Positions 9,767 to 20,397 of a stretch of 57,099 nucleotides of DNA are shown in pieces. Both the position numbers and the translations under genes were made by a program. The notes under the pieces were generated by a model, which was not told the DNA's origin, did no database searches, and saw only the letters and a program-made list of their open reading frames with translations. The number at the start of each line of letters is the position of its first letter. Within the stretch, counting starts at the first letter, position 1. The stretch is from Promethearchaeota archaeon (GTDB taxonomy: Archaea > Asgardarchaeota > Lokiarchaeia > Sigyniarchaeales > SOKP01), in NCBI GenBank assembly GCA_018238625.1, contig JABCSY010000013.1, positions 1 to 57,099 of the forward strand. The letters run 5' to 3'.

Positions 9767-9946
9767 ACGAATCGCATTATTTTCAGAATAGATTTACTAT
9801 AAATAGTCTCGTTTAAAATTAAACCTTTTGTTGTTTGATTTATTTTTCCTATGAGTTTAAAATAATAGGTCTGAAATTGTAATTATATGTTGAGTACAAT
9901 TCAAAGTATGTTTATTGATAATTTACTTCTTTATCAAAAATTGGAT

Positions 9947-10402
9947 ATGAAAAAAATATTTTCTAACAAAGAGCTTTTACTTTTTCACTTATTCCACGAT
10001 ATCACGAAGGTTTTTCCCCAAAACATTATTATCGTTAAAGATATTATGTTTTTCTTCCTTGATAACGAAAATTATTTTGAAGCGAAACTGAAATTGCCAT
10101 ATCTTCGAAAGAAATTTCAGCACAGAAGAATTGTGCTTGTTCGGGAAGAAGTAGTTTTAGTTAACTTAATTTTCGGTTTTTTCCCAGATCCTTATATTCA
10201 TAGCATAAGAATAGATAGAAATACTCGTACAAGACAAATTATAATTATAGTTGGTTTTCTCTCTTACGAAGAACGAGGAATTGCAGTAGGTTCTAATGGC
10301 GATTATATTAAAGCTGTGAACGAAATCTTCGATACTCAGATTAAGTTTGCGGAATATCAAAAATTTCCAGTAAGAATAAAATGTGAAGTAGTTAAGATGT
10401 AA
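9947..10402 (+). CDS. NusA-like KH-domain protein
   Basis: ERGIAVGSNGDYIKAV (KH GxxG) and FFPDP; archaeal NusA size. Start taken at the internal ATG 9947 (track start 9887). Confidence 0.6.
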   Translation: MKKIFSNKELLLFHLFHDITKVFPQNIIIVKDIMFFFLDNENYFEAKLKLPYLRKKFQHRRIVLVREEVVLVNLIFGFFPDPYIHSIRIDRNTRTRQIIIIVGFLSYEERGIAVGSNGDYIKAVNEIFDTQIKFAEYQKFPVRIKCEVVKM

Positions 10403-10408
10403 ATAGAA

Positions 10409-11188
10409 TTACCATGGAACATCTTTTAATTTTGTTAGATAAGCAATTGTATTAGCAATCAAGCTAACAGATGGAGTTAGAATTAGAAGAAAAATTATAA
10501 TATTGATGTCTGGGATAAAATAAAAACCTGGAAAAAATAGAGCAGGTATTGAGGCAAAAACAATAGCCCCTACAGCAAAATCTAATTGATCTACAACCCA
10601 AAAAGGTGCGCCACTCTTTATATTAAATCTTCTCTTGAGAAATGATCCCGCTAAGTCTCCAAATGCGGCACCGTAGGAGCAAAAAACTATTCTAAAGCCC
10701 AGCATCAATATACCTATTGGAAAAGGTCCACCTATAAAATAATATTGATATATTAATATATCAGAATACAATTTATAAATCCCCAATGTTGCTCCCGTTA
10801 TTGGGATCTGTTGTATAGCGGGCCATAATACTATAAATAGCAAGAACAATGCGCAACTTAATGGAATACCAATGAATAACGGTCCTTTAACGAGTCCAGA
10901 AATGGTTTTATGATCTCCTAGAATTCGTCGTCCATCACGCCAATTTTTTCCACGATCTAAAGGTTTTCCGCCACCAACGATGACCATTCCAGCATTCGAA
11001 AAATACGCGGGTACAATAAAAAGCATGGCAAAAATAAGAGTCGCCACCCAATCGGACCATGTAAATAATACAGAAATAATTAAAAAGTTTAAAAAGAGTA
11101 AGCTCAGAAAAATTACAGTTAATAGTATTGCAAATTTTATATTTCTTCTCTTGTTGTCTGTCTTATCACTATGTGTTGACATTATCAT
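10409..11188 (-). CDS. carS: CDP-archaeol synthase
   Basis: PAYFSN, GKPLDRGKNWRDGRRILGDHKT, GDLAGSFLKRR, DQLDF and C-terminal KDVPW. Confidence 0.93.
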   Translation of the reverse strand: MIMSTHSDKTDNKRRNIKFAILLTVIFLSLLFLNFLIISVLFTWSDWVATLIFAMLFIVPAYFSNAGMVIVGGGKPLDRGKNWRDGRRILGDHKTISGLVKGPLFIGIPLSCALFLLFIVLWPAIQQIPITGATLGIYKLYSDILIYQYYFIGGPFPIGILMLGFRIVFCSYGAAFGDLAGSFLKRRFNIKSGAPFWVVDQLDFAVGAIVFASIPALFFPGFYFIPDINIIIFLLILTPSVSLIANTIAYLTKLKDVPW

Positions 11189-11455
11189 TCCTACAAATAA
11201 AAAAATTAGATTGAATAATTTTTAATTAAAATTAAATTTTGGTAATTATAATCGAATATACTAAACCCTTAATAATATTGCTCCTTAAATAATTATCTTT
11301 TAAAGTTCCGACAATAATATTATAAATTATTGATTAGATTGTTGCAAATCGAATAAAACGAGAAAAATGTATTAAAGCTTTAACAATTTATCAATAATTT
11401 TTCGATTAATAATTAAGTTTAAATAATGTGGAATCGAAATATTTTATTATGCGAT

Positions 11456-11470
11456 GTTTCGAGTGGAAAC
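11456..11470 (+). promoter_or_regulatory. ORB/mini-ORB-like element upstream of cdc6
   Basis: GTTTCGAGTGGAAAC, an inverted repeat resembling the archaeal ORB core TTCCAGTGGAAAC, 19 nt before the cdc6 ATG. Confidence 0.55.
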
Positions 11471-11489
11471 TATATAGAGGTGTGATTAA

Positions 11490-12812
11490 ATGTTGACGAA
11501 TCAAAACGATAATAACAATTATTCTTTTAACATTGATAAATTTTATCGAAACTACTTAAAAGGGCCAAATCTTTTTAGGAAGCGCGAAGCTCTCGAACCT
11601 TCGTTCATTCCTGATGAATTACCACATCGTAATTCTGAGATTGAAAAGATTGCGGGTATAACTGCTTGCGCTTTAAAAGGGGATGTTCCACCCAATTTCT
11701 TATGTTATGGGATGACTGGAACGGGCAAAACTGCCACTGTTCGTTATGTTTCACAAAAATTAGCTCAACACTGTACCAACAATCCCCCATGGTGGATATA
11801 TATCAATTGTACTGTAGTTTCAACGCCTTATAGAATTCTAGCTCATATCTATAACACAATTGTTGGAAGAGAAAGAATCCCAGCGACGGGTTTGCCGAAA
11901 GATGTTATTCTTAAAAAATTGCTTGGTTTATTGGATCAGAAAGTTAGCAATAGCGTGTGTTTTCTTGTTTTAGATGAAATCGATATCTTAATAGAGAAAA
12001 AGGGAGGAAATGAAATTCTTTATACTTTAACTAGACTTAACGAAAGCTTAGATTTATGTAGAACAAGTGTTATTGGAATTTCTAACAAACTAAAGTTTAT
12101 GGAGTATTTAGATTCAAGAGTTACATCGAATTTGGATGAAGAAGAACCGATCGTTTTTCACCCTTATAATGCAAATGAATTGGCAGATATTCTAAAACTA
12201 AGAGCTAAAATTGCATTTCATGAAGGTATTATCGAAGAAGGGGTAATAAAGTTGTGTGCAGGGCTCGCTGCAAGGGAACATGGAGATGCAAGAAAAGCGC
12301 TACAATTACTAAGAAAAGCAGGAGAGATTGCAGAAAGAAAGCAAAATAAAAAAGTTTTGGAAAAACATGTAGAAAATGCCCAAAAAGATATCGATAAGGA
12401 TCACATCGTTGAATATATGCTATCAATGCCACTTCAAGCTCAATTAACGTTAACAGCTATTTATTTATTATCTAAGTATACCCGAGAACATATAATTACT
12501 TCGGGAGACATTTACGAAGTTCATTCAGAACTTACAAATAAAATTCCGGGCGTGAAACAATTAACTCATAGAAGAATAAGTGATTATATTAATGAGTTAG
12601 CATTATCAGGCTTAATTACTGCCAACACGAGGTCTATGGGGCATTATGGGCGCACTAAAATAATAAATCTCGATATAGAAAGTGAGTTAGTAGAACGAGT
12701 TTTATCTCAAATTAAGAAAATACAGGATTATAAATTGTTAAATTACAAACCTATTTTACTTCAAACTGATAAAGTCAAAGTAAAGAATATTGTTTTTAAA
12801 AAGTTAATTTAG
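11490..12812 (+). CDS. cdc6: ORC1-type DNA replication protein Cdc6
   Basis: Walker A GMTGTGKT, Walker B VLDEID, HGDARKAL and C-terminal winged helix. GAGGTG RBS. Confidence 0.96.
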   Translation: MLTNQNDNNNYSFNIDKFYRNYLKGPNLFRKREALEPSFIPDELPHRNSEIEKIAGITACALKGDVPPNFLCYGMTGTGKTATVRYVSQKLAQHCTNNPPWWIYINCTVVSTPYRILAHIYNTIVGRERIPATGLPKDVILKKLLGLLDQKVSNSVCFLVLDEIDILIEKKGGNEILYTLTRLNESLDLCRTSVIGISNKLKFMEYLDSRVTSNLDEEEPIVFHPYNANELADILKLRAKIAFHEGIIEEGVIKLCAGLAAREHGDARKALQLLRKAGEIAERKQNKKVLEKHVENAQKDIDKDHIVEYMLSMPLQAQLTLTAIYLLSKYTREHIITSGDIYEVHSELTNKIPGVKQLTHRRISDYINELALSGLITANTRSMGHYGRTKIINLDIESELVERVLSQIKKIQDYKLLNYKPILLQTDKVKVKNIVFKKLI

Positions 12813-13492
12813 CTTAAAAAATCCCAATTATTAATTTCATTAGTAATGCTTTCAAGAAAAAATGAAGCTGATTTTTCATTTTTATTCTTTAAAAGTAAAA
12901 ATAACTTAGCTAAATGTTTACAGAATCTTTTGTTTTTAGCTCTATTAGTTTGGAAATCATGGCAATTATGCTTAATGAATTTATCATTTATAGATATTTC
13001 AATATGATATGGAACATCACTAGAGCCTTTAACTTCAGCTTTAATGATCTTACTCTTAGGATCGAACTTAATTATATTAAACGCGCTATCTGATACGGTG
13101 ACTGCTCTGTTTATAGTTCCTTTATCTAAAAACGCTTTTAATAGGGTATTAAACTTATTTACATTGTTTTTATCAAAGTTATCTATTTCTTGTGTTTCCT
13201 TTTTGGATGATTCTTTTTTTTCTAAAATTAGAGCTTTTCTTTTTAGGTGCCAATTCTTTAATTTTTGTTCTAAATTGTGTGATAATTTAAACGTATTATT
13301 AGGGACTTCTATTAGAAACTTGCTGTCAACAACTTTTTGTATGAATTGACTTGCTTCATTAGGGGAAAAAAGGAATAATTCAAACGATAGTTGGTATAGT
13401 AAGTCACTTAGAGATATCGAGGGGAGTTCAATAATTTTCCAAATATATAAAACCATCTCTGAATTGTTATTTCTTGGGATTGCAAAGTTCAC
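12809..13492 (-). CDS. SWIM-like zinc finger protein
   Basis: VKGS...PYHIEI...HNCHDF...FCKHL. Confidence 0.6.
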   Translation of the reverse strand: MNFAIPRNNNSEMVLYIWKIIELPSISLSDLLYQLSFELFLFSPNEASQFIQKVVDSKFLIEVPNNTFKLSHNLEQKLKNWHLKRKALILEKKESSKKETQEIDNFDKNNVNKFNTLLKAFLDKGTINRAVTVSDSAFNIIKFDPKSKIIKAEVKGSSDVPYHIEISINDKFIKHNCHDFQTNRAKNKRFCKHLAKLFLLLKNKNEKSASFFLESITNEINNWDFLS

Positions 13493-13522
13493 TTAATACG
13501 ACCTATTTCATTTTTTTTAAGT

Positions 13523-15310
13523 TTAATCAATTTTATTAAAATCTAATGGAAAGAAGTTTAATGTGTCTAATTCAACAATCGGCACAATCCCCGGAGTAGG
13601 TGTTATTCCAAAACTTTTCATATAATCAGTTTGAGCTTGAAAGCATCCTGAATTAACCAAAGTCACATTTCTATATTTTCCAGTCCCGTTAATATGTACA
13701 TGACCTGTATGAAAAATGTCAGGAATCTTATCTAATAAAAGAAAATCCTTGTTTATAGGCGCTAATTGGGTTTTTTCACCAAAAGTTGGCGCGAGATGTC
13801 TACAAATAAGAAATTCTTTCATGGTTTCAATAGGGTTATTGATGTCTAAATCGTGGATTAACATATTCATGTCATGCATACTCTCCCCATGATATATAAG
13901 AGTATTAACGTTATGAGTTTTTATTAAAGAGGGGTTGCCCAAGCATTTTATTCCCAAATTAATTAAATCTTCACAATATTTTTTTGGTACCGCTGGTAGA
14001 GGTAATGCGTTTCTTACGGGTTCGTGATTTCCGGATACATAAAAGATTTTAATGTAATCCGGAATTTCTGAAAGTAAATCTGAAGCTTTTTTAAACTGTT
14101 TATATATATCCGTTATAATCAAATCTTTTTCTTGGTTTGGATAAATTCCGATGCCATCAACCAAATCACCGTTAATAACGAGGTACTTTATCCTTCCCGC
14201 AATATCTCTTAAGTGTTTGTTGTTACTTTTACCGTTTAAAAAATCTAGAAATTTTTTAAATAACCCTTCTTCAAATTCTTTACTACCGATATGAATATCC
14301 GAAATTAACGCGATGGATAAAGGATCTGGAGAAGTATTTGGTCGAAAATCAGTTGGAATATCGATTTTTGAAATGGAGTTGGCAAAAATTATCCCTCTTC
14401 TACCTTTTTCACCAGGATTAAAGGTTCCCTTAACGAACAACATCTGATCTTTGATAGTTCTTTCAATAATTTTGATATAATCCAAGTTATCAGAGTTATT
14501 TTGAATTAAAACACTAATTGTACCTGTTAAATCCTCCAAAGTTAATAAATAATTCCCCTTTTTTGTTAAATGAATGTTATTTACTAAACCAATTGTAGAG
14601 ATTTCGACGCTATTCGACAATCTAAAAATATTGTTAATATTAGTTGCTGAATTTACTTCTGGTCTTCTTCTAATGAGTTTTCGAAGTTGGTTAAATTTAT
14701 CGAGCGTTAATTCGTAAAATTCGTCGTACTTTCCATTCGTGTGCATTTTACCAGTTGGATCTTTTAAAATTTCGAAAATAAAATCATAATCCTTTGCTAC
14801 TGGTTTAAAAATAAAAGTTGATTTGGTGGATTCGTGGGTTTTGGTTTTAAATTTCTTCTTTGCGGGTATTTTAACTAATTGAGTATGTATTGGAGTTGAC
14901 TGAGTTTGATCTTCAGATTTCGCAGTTTTGGTCAAGGATTCAGAGGATATTGATGGAACTTCGTCGTTAAACAATTTAGTAGCTGTTTTTCTTGACGATT
15001 TGAAAGCATCTTTAGTGTTTATGGATTTCACATCCATAGAGAGCGAATTAGATCTGGAGATTATTCGCTTTAACGCCCTTTGTATTTCTTCGTTTGAAAT
15101 TTCTTTCAAAATGGTTTCTGTTAAATGATTTTTAAAAGTTGGGATAAAACTAGTTTCTTTAATAATAATATTTAAGTTTTTCATTGGATATTCAAGATTT
15201 ACTATCCAATCTAATACCGTAGGAGTAATATTGATTCCCGAGTTTACCAATTTATCCAGGATAACCCGTTTCTGCTCAGATATTTCGTTTTTCAAATCCT
15301 TTTCTTCCAA
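13523..15310 (-). CDS. polB: DNA polymerase D small subunit DP1 (proofreading exonuclease)
   Basis: OB fold (LEDLTG), SDIHIGS, GDLVDGIGIYP, GNHE, RHLAPTFG and HTGHVH. Confidence 0.95.
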   Translation of the reverse strand: MEEKDLKNEISEQKRVILDKLVNSGINITPTVLDWIVNLEYPMKNLNIIIKETSFIPTFKNHLTETILKEISNEEIQRALKRIISRSNSLSMDVKSINTKDAFKSSRKTATKLFNDEVPSISSESLTKTAKSEDQTQSTPIHTQLVKIPAKKKFKTKTHESTKSTFIFKPVAKDYDFIFEILKDPTGKMHTNGKYDEFYELTLDKFNQLRKLIRRRPEVNSATNINNIFRLSNSVEISTIGLVNNIHLTKKGNYLLTLEDLTGTISVLIQNNSDNLDYIKIIERTIKDQMLFVKGTFNPGEKGRRGIIFANSISKIDIPTDFRPNTSPDPLSIALISDIHIGSKEFEEGLFKKFLDFLNGKSNNKHLRDIAGRIKYLVINGDLVDGIGIYPNQEKDLIITDIYKQFKKASDLLSEIPDYIKIFYVSGNHEPVRNALPLPAVPKKYCEDLINLGIKCLGNPSLIKTHNVNTLIYHGESMHDMNMLIHDLDINNPIETMKEFLICRHLAPTFGEKTQLAPINKDFLLLDKIPDIFHTGHVHINGTGKYRNVTLVNSGCFQAQTDYMKSFGITPTPGIVPIVELDTLNFFPLDFNKID

Positions 15311-15567
15311 AATAGAATTATTATAATTATAATGAGATTAAGTTAAAATGTTTGTTATTAAAGAAAAAACATATTTTTTTTTAAATATTAGGAGGCTGTA
15401 TTAATTCTCATAATATCATTATAAATTAGTAATCTCTTCAAATTAAAATAACATAATTCAATCAGCCTATTAATAAAATAATTTATTTTGAAAGTGAATA
15501 TTTAGATTAATATATCCCATATTTCTGCATTGAGATTATTAAGATAATTTTAAGGTGTATTTATTTT

Positions 15568-18500
15568 ATGGTAGAAATGAGTAAGGAAATGGAAGCGTAT
15601 TTTTCACAAATACAAAATGGTGTAGATAAATGTTACGAGATTGCAGATATTGCTCGTCAAAAAGGGTTAGATCCTGAGCTTTTCGTAGAGTCGCCTCAAG
15701 CTAAGGATTTGGCAGGGAGAGTTGAGAAACTCGTAGGACCAGAAGGTGTAGCTAAAGTAATAAGGATTTTAAAAGAAAAAGGTAAAACGGACGATGAGAT
15801 AGTGTTTCAAGTAGTTTCTGACATCCTTGACCAGAAAATAGGGACGATTATATCATTAGAGGCTAGGGTTGAGAGAGCCATTCGAGTTGGTCTCGCTATA
15901 AAAACGATGGGAGTCGTTAGCGCTCCGCTTGAGGGGATATCTAAAATTTTAATTCGAGAAGATCGCCAACATAACAAATATTTATCGTTATATTTTTCTG
16001 GTCCTATTAGAGCTGCAGGAGGAACAACAGCTGCGTTATGTGTATTAATCGCAGATTATGTAAGAAAAAAAACAAATATTCCAAAATATGAAGCGACTGA
16101 GGGAGAAATTGGGAGATATGTTGAAGAAGTTAAGCTTTATGATAGAAGAGTTCATTTGCAATATCCTTCCTCAAATGATGAAATACGATTTGCTGTAGAA
16201 CATTTACCTGTGGAAATTAATGGGGATCCCACGGAAACTGAAGAGGTCTCTGCTTTTCGAAAATTACCTAGAATAGAAACGAATAATATAAGGGGGGGTG
16301 CTTGTTTAGTTTTAAATGATGGGATACTTCTTAAGGCACCAAAACTCTTAAAAATAGCAAAAAATATGAAATTAGAAGGCTGGGATTGGTTAGCAAAATT
16401 AAAAAAGATATCTCAAAGGGATGAGAAAACAGAAAAGTTAGACAAAAAAAATAAAGAAGAAAATTTCATAATTCCACCTAATTCAAAATATGTTTCTGAA
16501 ATTATCGCTGGAAGAGCTGTATTTAGCCATCCTTCTAAAATTGGGGGGCATAGAATTCGATATGGGAGATCTCGTAATACAGGATTAGCTGCTGCGGGTA
16601 TACATCCCGCAACAATGGTGCTGTTAGATAATTTTATAGCAATTGGAACACAATTGAGAATTGAGAGACCGGGAAAAAGTGCTAGTATATGCCCTGTTAG
16701 TTCTATAGAGCCCCCGATCGTAAAGCTTAAAAATGGAAATGTAATTAGGATTTCAAATGTAAAAATAGCAAAAGAAGCGTTTCCAAATATTGAAAAAATC
16801 TTATTTTTAGGTGATATTCTCTTTGGTTTTGGAGAATTCGCCGAAAACAACCATAGATTGGTTCCATCGGGTTATGTAGAAGAATGGTGGGCGGTAGAGT
16901 TAGAGAAAGCAATAAGAGTTGAAGGGAATTTTAATTCGGAGATATATGAGTTTGTAAAAAACCCATTTAAAAATATTCCCTCTGTTAAAGAAGCTTTAGC
17001 TCTAGCAAAAAACTATAATATACCGTTGCATCCACTTTATACTGATTTTTGGGGAAATCTCTCAATAAACGAGTTACAAGTTCTAAGGGAAGCTTTAATT
17101 AATGGATTTGATGAAATCAATAAAACAATCGAATTAAAAAACGATGAGGGATTGAAACAGATTTTAGAAAAAGCATTTATTCTTCATACTATTAAAGGAG
17201 GTAACATCGTTCTAAATAAGAATACAACTGAAATTTATATAGCAATTTTCAATTTAGAGGATAAAAAAATCGCTGATATAGGTAAAAACGATGATTTTTT
17301 CTCCTATTTCTCTAAAGTCTCCTCTATAGTTATTAGAAATAGGGCACCCTTTTTCATGGGCACTCGTATGGGCCGACCTGAAAAATCAGAAAGAAAAAGC
17401 ATGAAAGGTGTCCATACTTTATTTCCTCTTAGCGATAAAGTTGGAAACACGAGGTTAGTCGAAAAAGCAATTGAGTTTGGAAAAGTGAAAATTGACCTTT
17501 GTAGAAAAAGATGCCCCAATTGCGGAACAGTCACTCCCTTTAATCTTTGTCCTAAATGCAGAACACATACCGAATTTCAGAAAATATGTCTCAACTGTAA
17601 TAAAAAATTATATCCCTTAAATGAAGAAAAATGCCCTAAATGCGGTAATGAATTAAGGTTTTCTGCAGAAGCTGGTTTTAACATAAGAGATTACGCCAAA
17701 TCTGTAGTAAGTCAATTGAAAACAACATTACCAAATAAATTTAAAGGTATTTTTGGATTAACTAATAAATTTAAAGTTCCAGAACCCCTTGAAAAAGGAA
17801 TTCTTCGAGCTAAAAATGATTTACTTGTGTACAAAACTGCTGAAATTCGCTACGATGCTACTGATATTCCATTAACGCATTTTAAACCAAAAGAAATAAA
17901 AACATCAATTAACCGTTTAAAAAAATTAGGATATAAAAAAGACTATAAAGGGAAAGATTTAATTGATACAAATCAGATTTTAGAACTTAAAGTTCAAGAT
18001 GTTCTGCTCTCTGAAGATTGCGCAAACTATTTCATAAAACTTGCTAAATTTTTAGATGACGAATTGGAATTGTTTTATGGTATGAACAGGTTCTTTAATG
18101 TCCTAAGGAGAGAAGATCTTATTGGGCATTCAGTAGTAGGGCTCGCCCCTCATACTAGTGCGGGAATTGTAGGTAGGATCATTGGTTTTACAGTGGCACG
18201 ATCTATTTACGCCCATCCCTTTTGGCACGCCGCAAAACGACGCAACTGCGATGGTGACGAAGATGGCATTATGCTACTTTTGGATCCATTATTAAATTTT
18301 TCGAGATATTACTTACCAAGTAAAATAGGAGGTAGAATGGACGCTACTTTAGTTATTTCTTCAATATTGGACCCAAATGAAATTGATGGTGAGGCTCATA
18401 ATATTGATACTCTTTTTAAGTATCCTTTAGAGTTTTATATAGCAACCCAAAAATTTAGTATGCCATCAGAAATAGAAGAAAAAATGAATTTAGTTATAAG

Positions 18501-19005
18501 TCGCTTAGGAAGTTTAAACCAATATGAAAATATTGGTTTCAATATACCAACAAAGGACATTAATGAGGGGCCCACGATCACATCATACAAAACTCATGAA
18601 TCAATGGAAGAAAAAATTGACGCCCAATTGCACCTCGCAAAGATCATTCAAGCGGTCAATGATAAAAATGTCGCTGAGAAGATTTTATCTTCACACTTCA
18701 CTCCAGACATATTAGGAAATTTAAGAAAATTTGCTCTACAGAGCTTTAGATGTGTAAAATGTAACACAAAATTTAGACGACCTCCACTTTCCAATGCAGG
18801 AAAGTGTCCAAAATGCGGAAATAAAGTCATATTGACTGTTAATCGAGGAGGTATAGAAAAATATATCCCTAGAGCTAAAAAACTTTGTAGTAGTTTTAAT
18901 TTAGATCATTATACAGTTCAACGAATGGAACTAATAGAACAATATGTTGAAGGCCTTACCAATAATCCTAAAATTAAGCAACAACAGTTATCGAATTTCT
19001 TCTGA
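15568..19005 (+). CDS. polC: DNA polymerase D large subunit DP2
   Basis: GPIRAAGGT, RYGRSRNTG, RMGRPEK, catalytic RRNCDGDED and C-terminal Zn fingers. No intein. Confidence 0.98.
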   Translation: MVEMSKEMEAYFSQIQNGVDKCYEIADIARQKGLDPELFVESPQAKDLAGRVEKLVGPEGVAKVIRILKEKGKTDDEIVFQVVSDILDQKIGTIISLEARVERAIRVGLAIKTMGVVSAPLEGISKILIREDRQHNKYLSLYFSGPIRAAGGTTAALCVLIADYVRKKTNIPKYEATEGEIGRYVEEVKLYDRRVHLQYPSSNDEIRFAVEHLPVEINGDPTETEEVSAFRKLPRIETNNIRGGACLVLNDGILLKAPKLLKIAKNMKLEGWDWLAKLKKISQRDEKTEKLDKKNKEENFIIPPNSKYVSEIIAGRAVFSHPSKIGGHRIRYGRSRNTGLAAAGIHPATMVLLDNFIAIGTQLRIERPGKSASICPVSSIEPPIVKLKNGNVIRISNVKIAKEAFPNIEKILFLGDILFGFGEFAENNHRLVPSGYVEEWWAVELEKAIRVEGNFNSEIYEFVKNPFKNIPSVKEALALAKNYNIPLHPLYTDFWGNLSINELQVLREALINGFDEINKTIELKNDEGLKQILEKAFILHTIKGGNIVLNKNTTEIYIAIFNLEDKKIADIGKNDDFFSYFSKVSSIVIRNRAPFFMGTRMGRPEKSERKSMKGVHTLFPLSDKVGNTRLVEKAIEFGKVKIDLCRKRCPNCGTVTPFNLCPKCRTHTEFQKICLNCNKKLYPLNEEKCPKCGNELRFSAEAGFNIRDYAKSVVSQLKTTLPNKFKGIFGLTNKFKVPEPLEKGILRAKNDLLVYKTAEIRYDATDIPLTHFKPKEIKTSINRLKKLGYKKDYKGKDLIDTNQILELKVQDVLLSEDCANYFIKLAKFLDDELELFYGMNRFFNVLRREDLIGHSVVGLAPHTSAGIVGRIIGFTVARSIYAHPFWHAAKRRNCDGDEDGIMLLLDPLLNFSRYYLPSKIGGRMDATLVISSILDPNEIDGEAHNIDTLFKYPLEFYIATQKFSMPSEIEEKMNLVISRLGSLNQYENIGFNIPTKDINEGPTITSYKTHESMEEKIDAQLHLAKIIQAVNDKNVAEKILSSHFTPDILGNLRKFALQSFRCVKCNTKFRRPPLSNAGKCPKCGNKVILTVNRGGIEKYIPRAKKLCSSFNLDHYTVQRMELIEQYVEGLTNNPKIKQQQLSNFF

Positions 19006-20235
19006 ATAGGAATTCATTAAATCAATTGATCTTATTGTAGTATAACAAATATCCAAACACCCATTCAATTTTTGAGAAGAGCATTTGTCGGGAGTATCCT
19101 TGGATGAATGGATGAATTTAGAATCCTTATCTGATTGAAAGCAAGCTACTTGAAATGAAGATTTAGTTTTTTTAGCAAAAGATCGAAATGATAAGTGATC
19201 TGTTTTAGGCTCTAATATTTTTTTATATTTGATTAATGGTACATTCAATTCGATTGCTGTTTCTTCAAGCATTTTGTTTAAATTAAAAATCCCCTTCTGG
19301 CTTTTAAAACGTGTTGAATTCTTGTTAATAAGTCCTATATAAGTCCCGACCATATCTATATTAATATTATAAGATCTATCTAAATCATATTTTTTACTTA
19401 AATATCTACGATGCCTTTTACAAAAACTTTTAGATCCTTTCAAACCCCATTCTTCAGCACCACTCCATAAAAAAATTATATCATAATTTTCAAGAGGGTT
19501 TTTTTTAAATAATTTTATAAGTTCAATTAAAATAGAAACTCCACTGGCATTATCAATCGATCCTTTGGATTTGTTATTATCATAAACAAGGAAAAATATT
19601 GCAACAGTTATAACATATTCAATTAATGTAAATAAAATTATTAATTGAATGGCTTCTTCTGTTTTTTCACCAAATATAATAATATTTGCGATAACAAAAA
19701 CGAAAATAATATATGGTAAAATAATAATTTTAAACAAAAAGAAGAGTATTTTCTGTAATCCATAGGGGAGATTGGATGAAAAGGTGTCATAATGAGCAGA
19801 TAAAATTACCACTGCTCGATTTTGATTTTTCTTCCTAGCCTTGATTCTTGCTACTAAATTTTTTGAATCCTCCTTTCCTACTAAGGAATAATCTCGAAAC
19901 CTTTGAAAAAGATACTTTAAAGAGAAATAGGCTAATATAACTAAGTATAATCGAAAAAATACCAGATAACATAACACGATAATATAGGTTAATCTCATGA
20001 AAAACCATTTGGCTCCAGGAAAAGAAAAATACTCCTTTCGAGATTCTATATTCTCCTTATATAACTCATTTTGAATGTACAAAACTGCTTTTGTTTCTTC
20101 CACAGAAGAAGCCGATCTATTAAAAGCTAAAGATTTGACATGATCCATTGGTGCTTTAATATGATCTGTTGGTGCTTTAATATGATCTAGTTTTGGGCTT
20201 AAAACAGGATTCATAAATTTTGCAATACTTGTCAA
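18988..20235 (-). CDS. M28 family metallopeptidase with membrane segments
   Basis: SAHYD, GSIDNASG, GAEEWGLKGS, NIDMVG, TDHLSF and IHSSKD motifs, with hydrophobic helices. Confidence 0.85.
   Translation of the reverse strand: MTSIAKFMNPVLSPKLDHIKAPTDHIKAPMDHVKSLAFNRSASSVEETKAVLYIQNELYKENIESRKEYFSFPGAKWFFMRLTYIIVLCYLVFFRLYLVILAYFSLKYLFQRFRDYSLVGKEDSKNLVARIKARKKNQNRAVVILSAHYDTFSSNLPYGLQKILFFLFKIIILPYIIFVFVIANIIIFGEKTEEAIQLIILFTLIEYVITVAIFFLVYDNNKSKGSIDNASGVSILIELIKLFKKNPLENYDIIFLWSGAEEWGLKGSKSFCKRHRRYLSKKYDLDRSYNINIDMVGTYIGLINKNSTRFKSQKGIFNLNKMLEETAIELNVPLIKYKKILEPKTDHLSFRSFAKKTKSSFQVACFQSDKDSKFIHSSKDTPDKCSSQKLNGCLDICYTTIRSIDLMNSYSEEIR
20140..20187. repeat. 21-bp tandem repeat (~2.3 copies) in the 5' end of the M28 gene
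   Basis: atgatccattggtgctttaat / atgatctgttggtgctttaat / atgatc; encodes DHIKAPT-DHIKAPM-DH. Confidence 0.85.
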
Positions 20236-20312
20236 CTTTTTAATATATGTTTTATAATTTTAAGAATTTCAATTAACTTTTTATCTAATAAGTGGATTCA
20301 CTTAAAATGTAA

Positions 20313-20397
20313 TGCAGGAGGAGGGATTCGAACCCTCGAACTCCTATGAGACTAGAGCCTCGGTCTAGCACCGTTGACCAGGCTTGGCAACTCCTGC
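20313..20397 (-). tRNA. tRNA-Leu(GAG)
   Basis: Acceptor GCAGGAG/CTCCTGC-A, anticodon arm CTAGA-CCGAGGC-TCTAG, long variable arm, T arm GAGGG-TTCGAAT-CCCTC. Confidence 0.92.
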
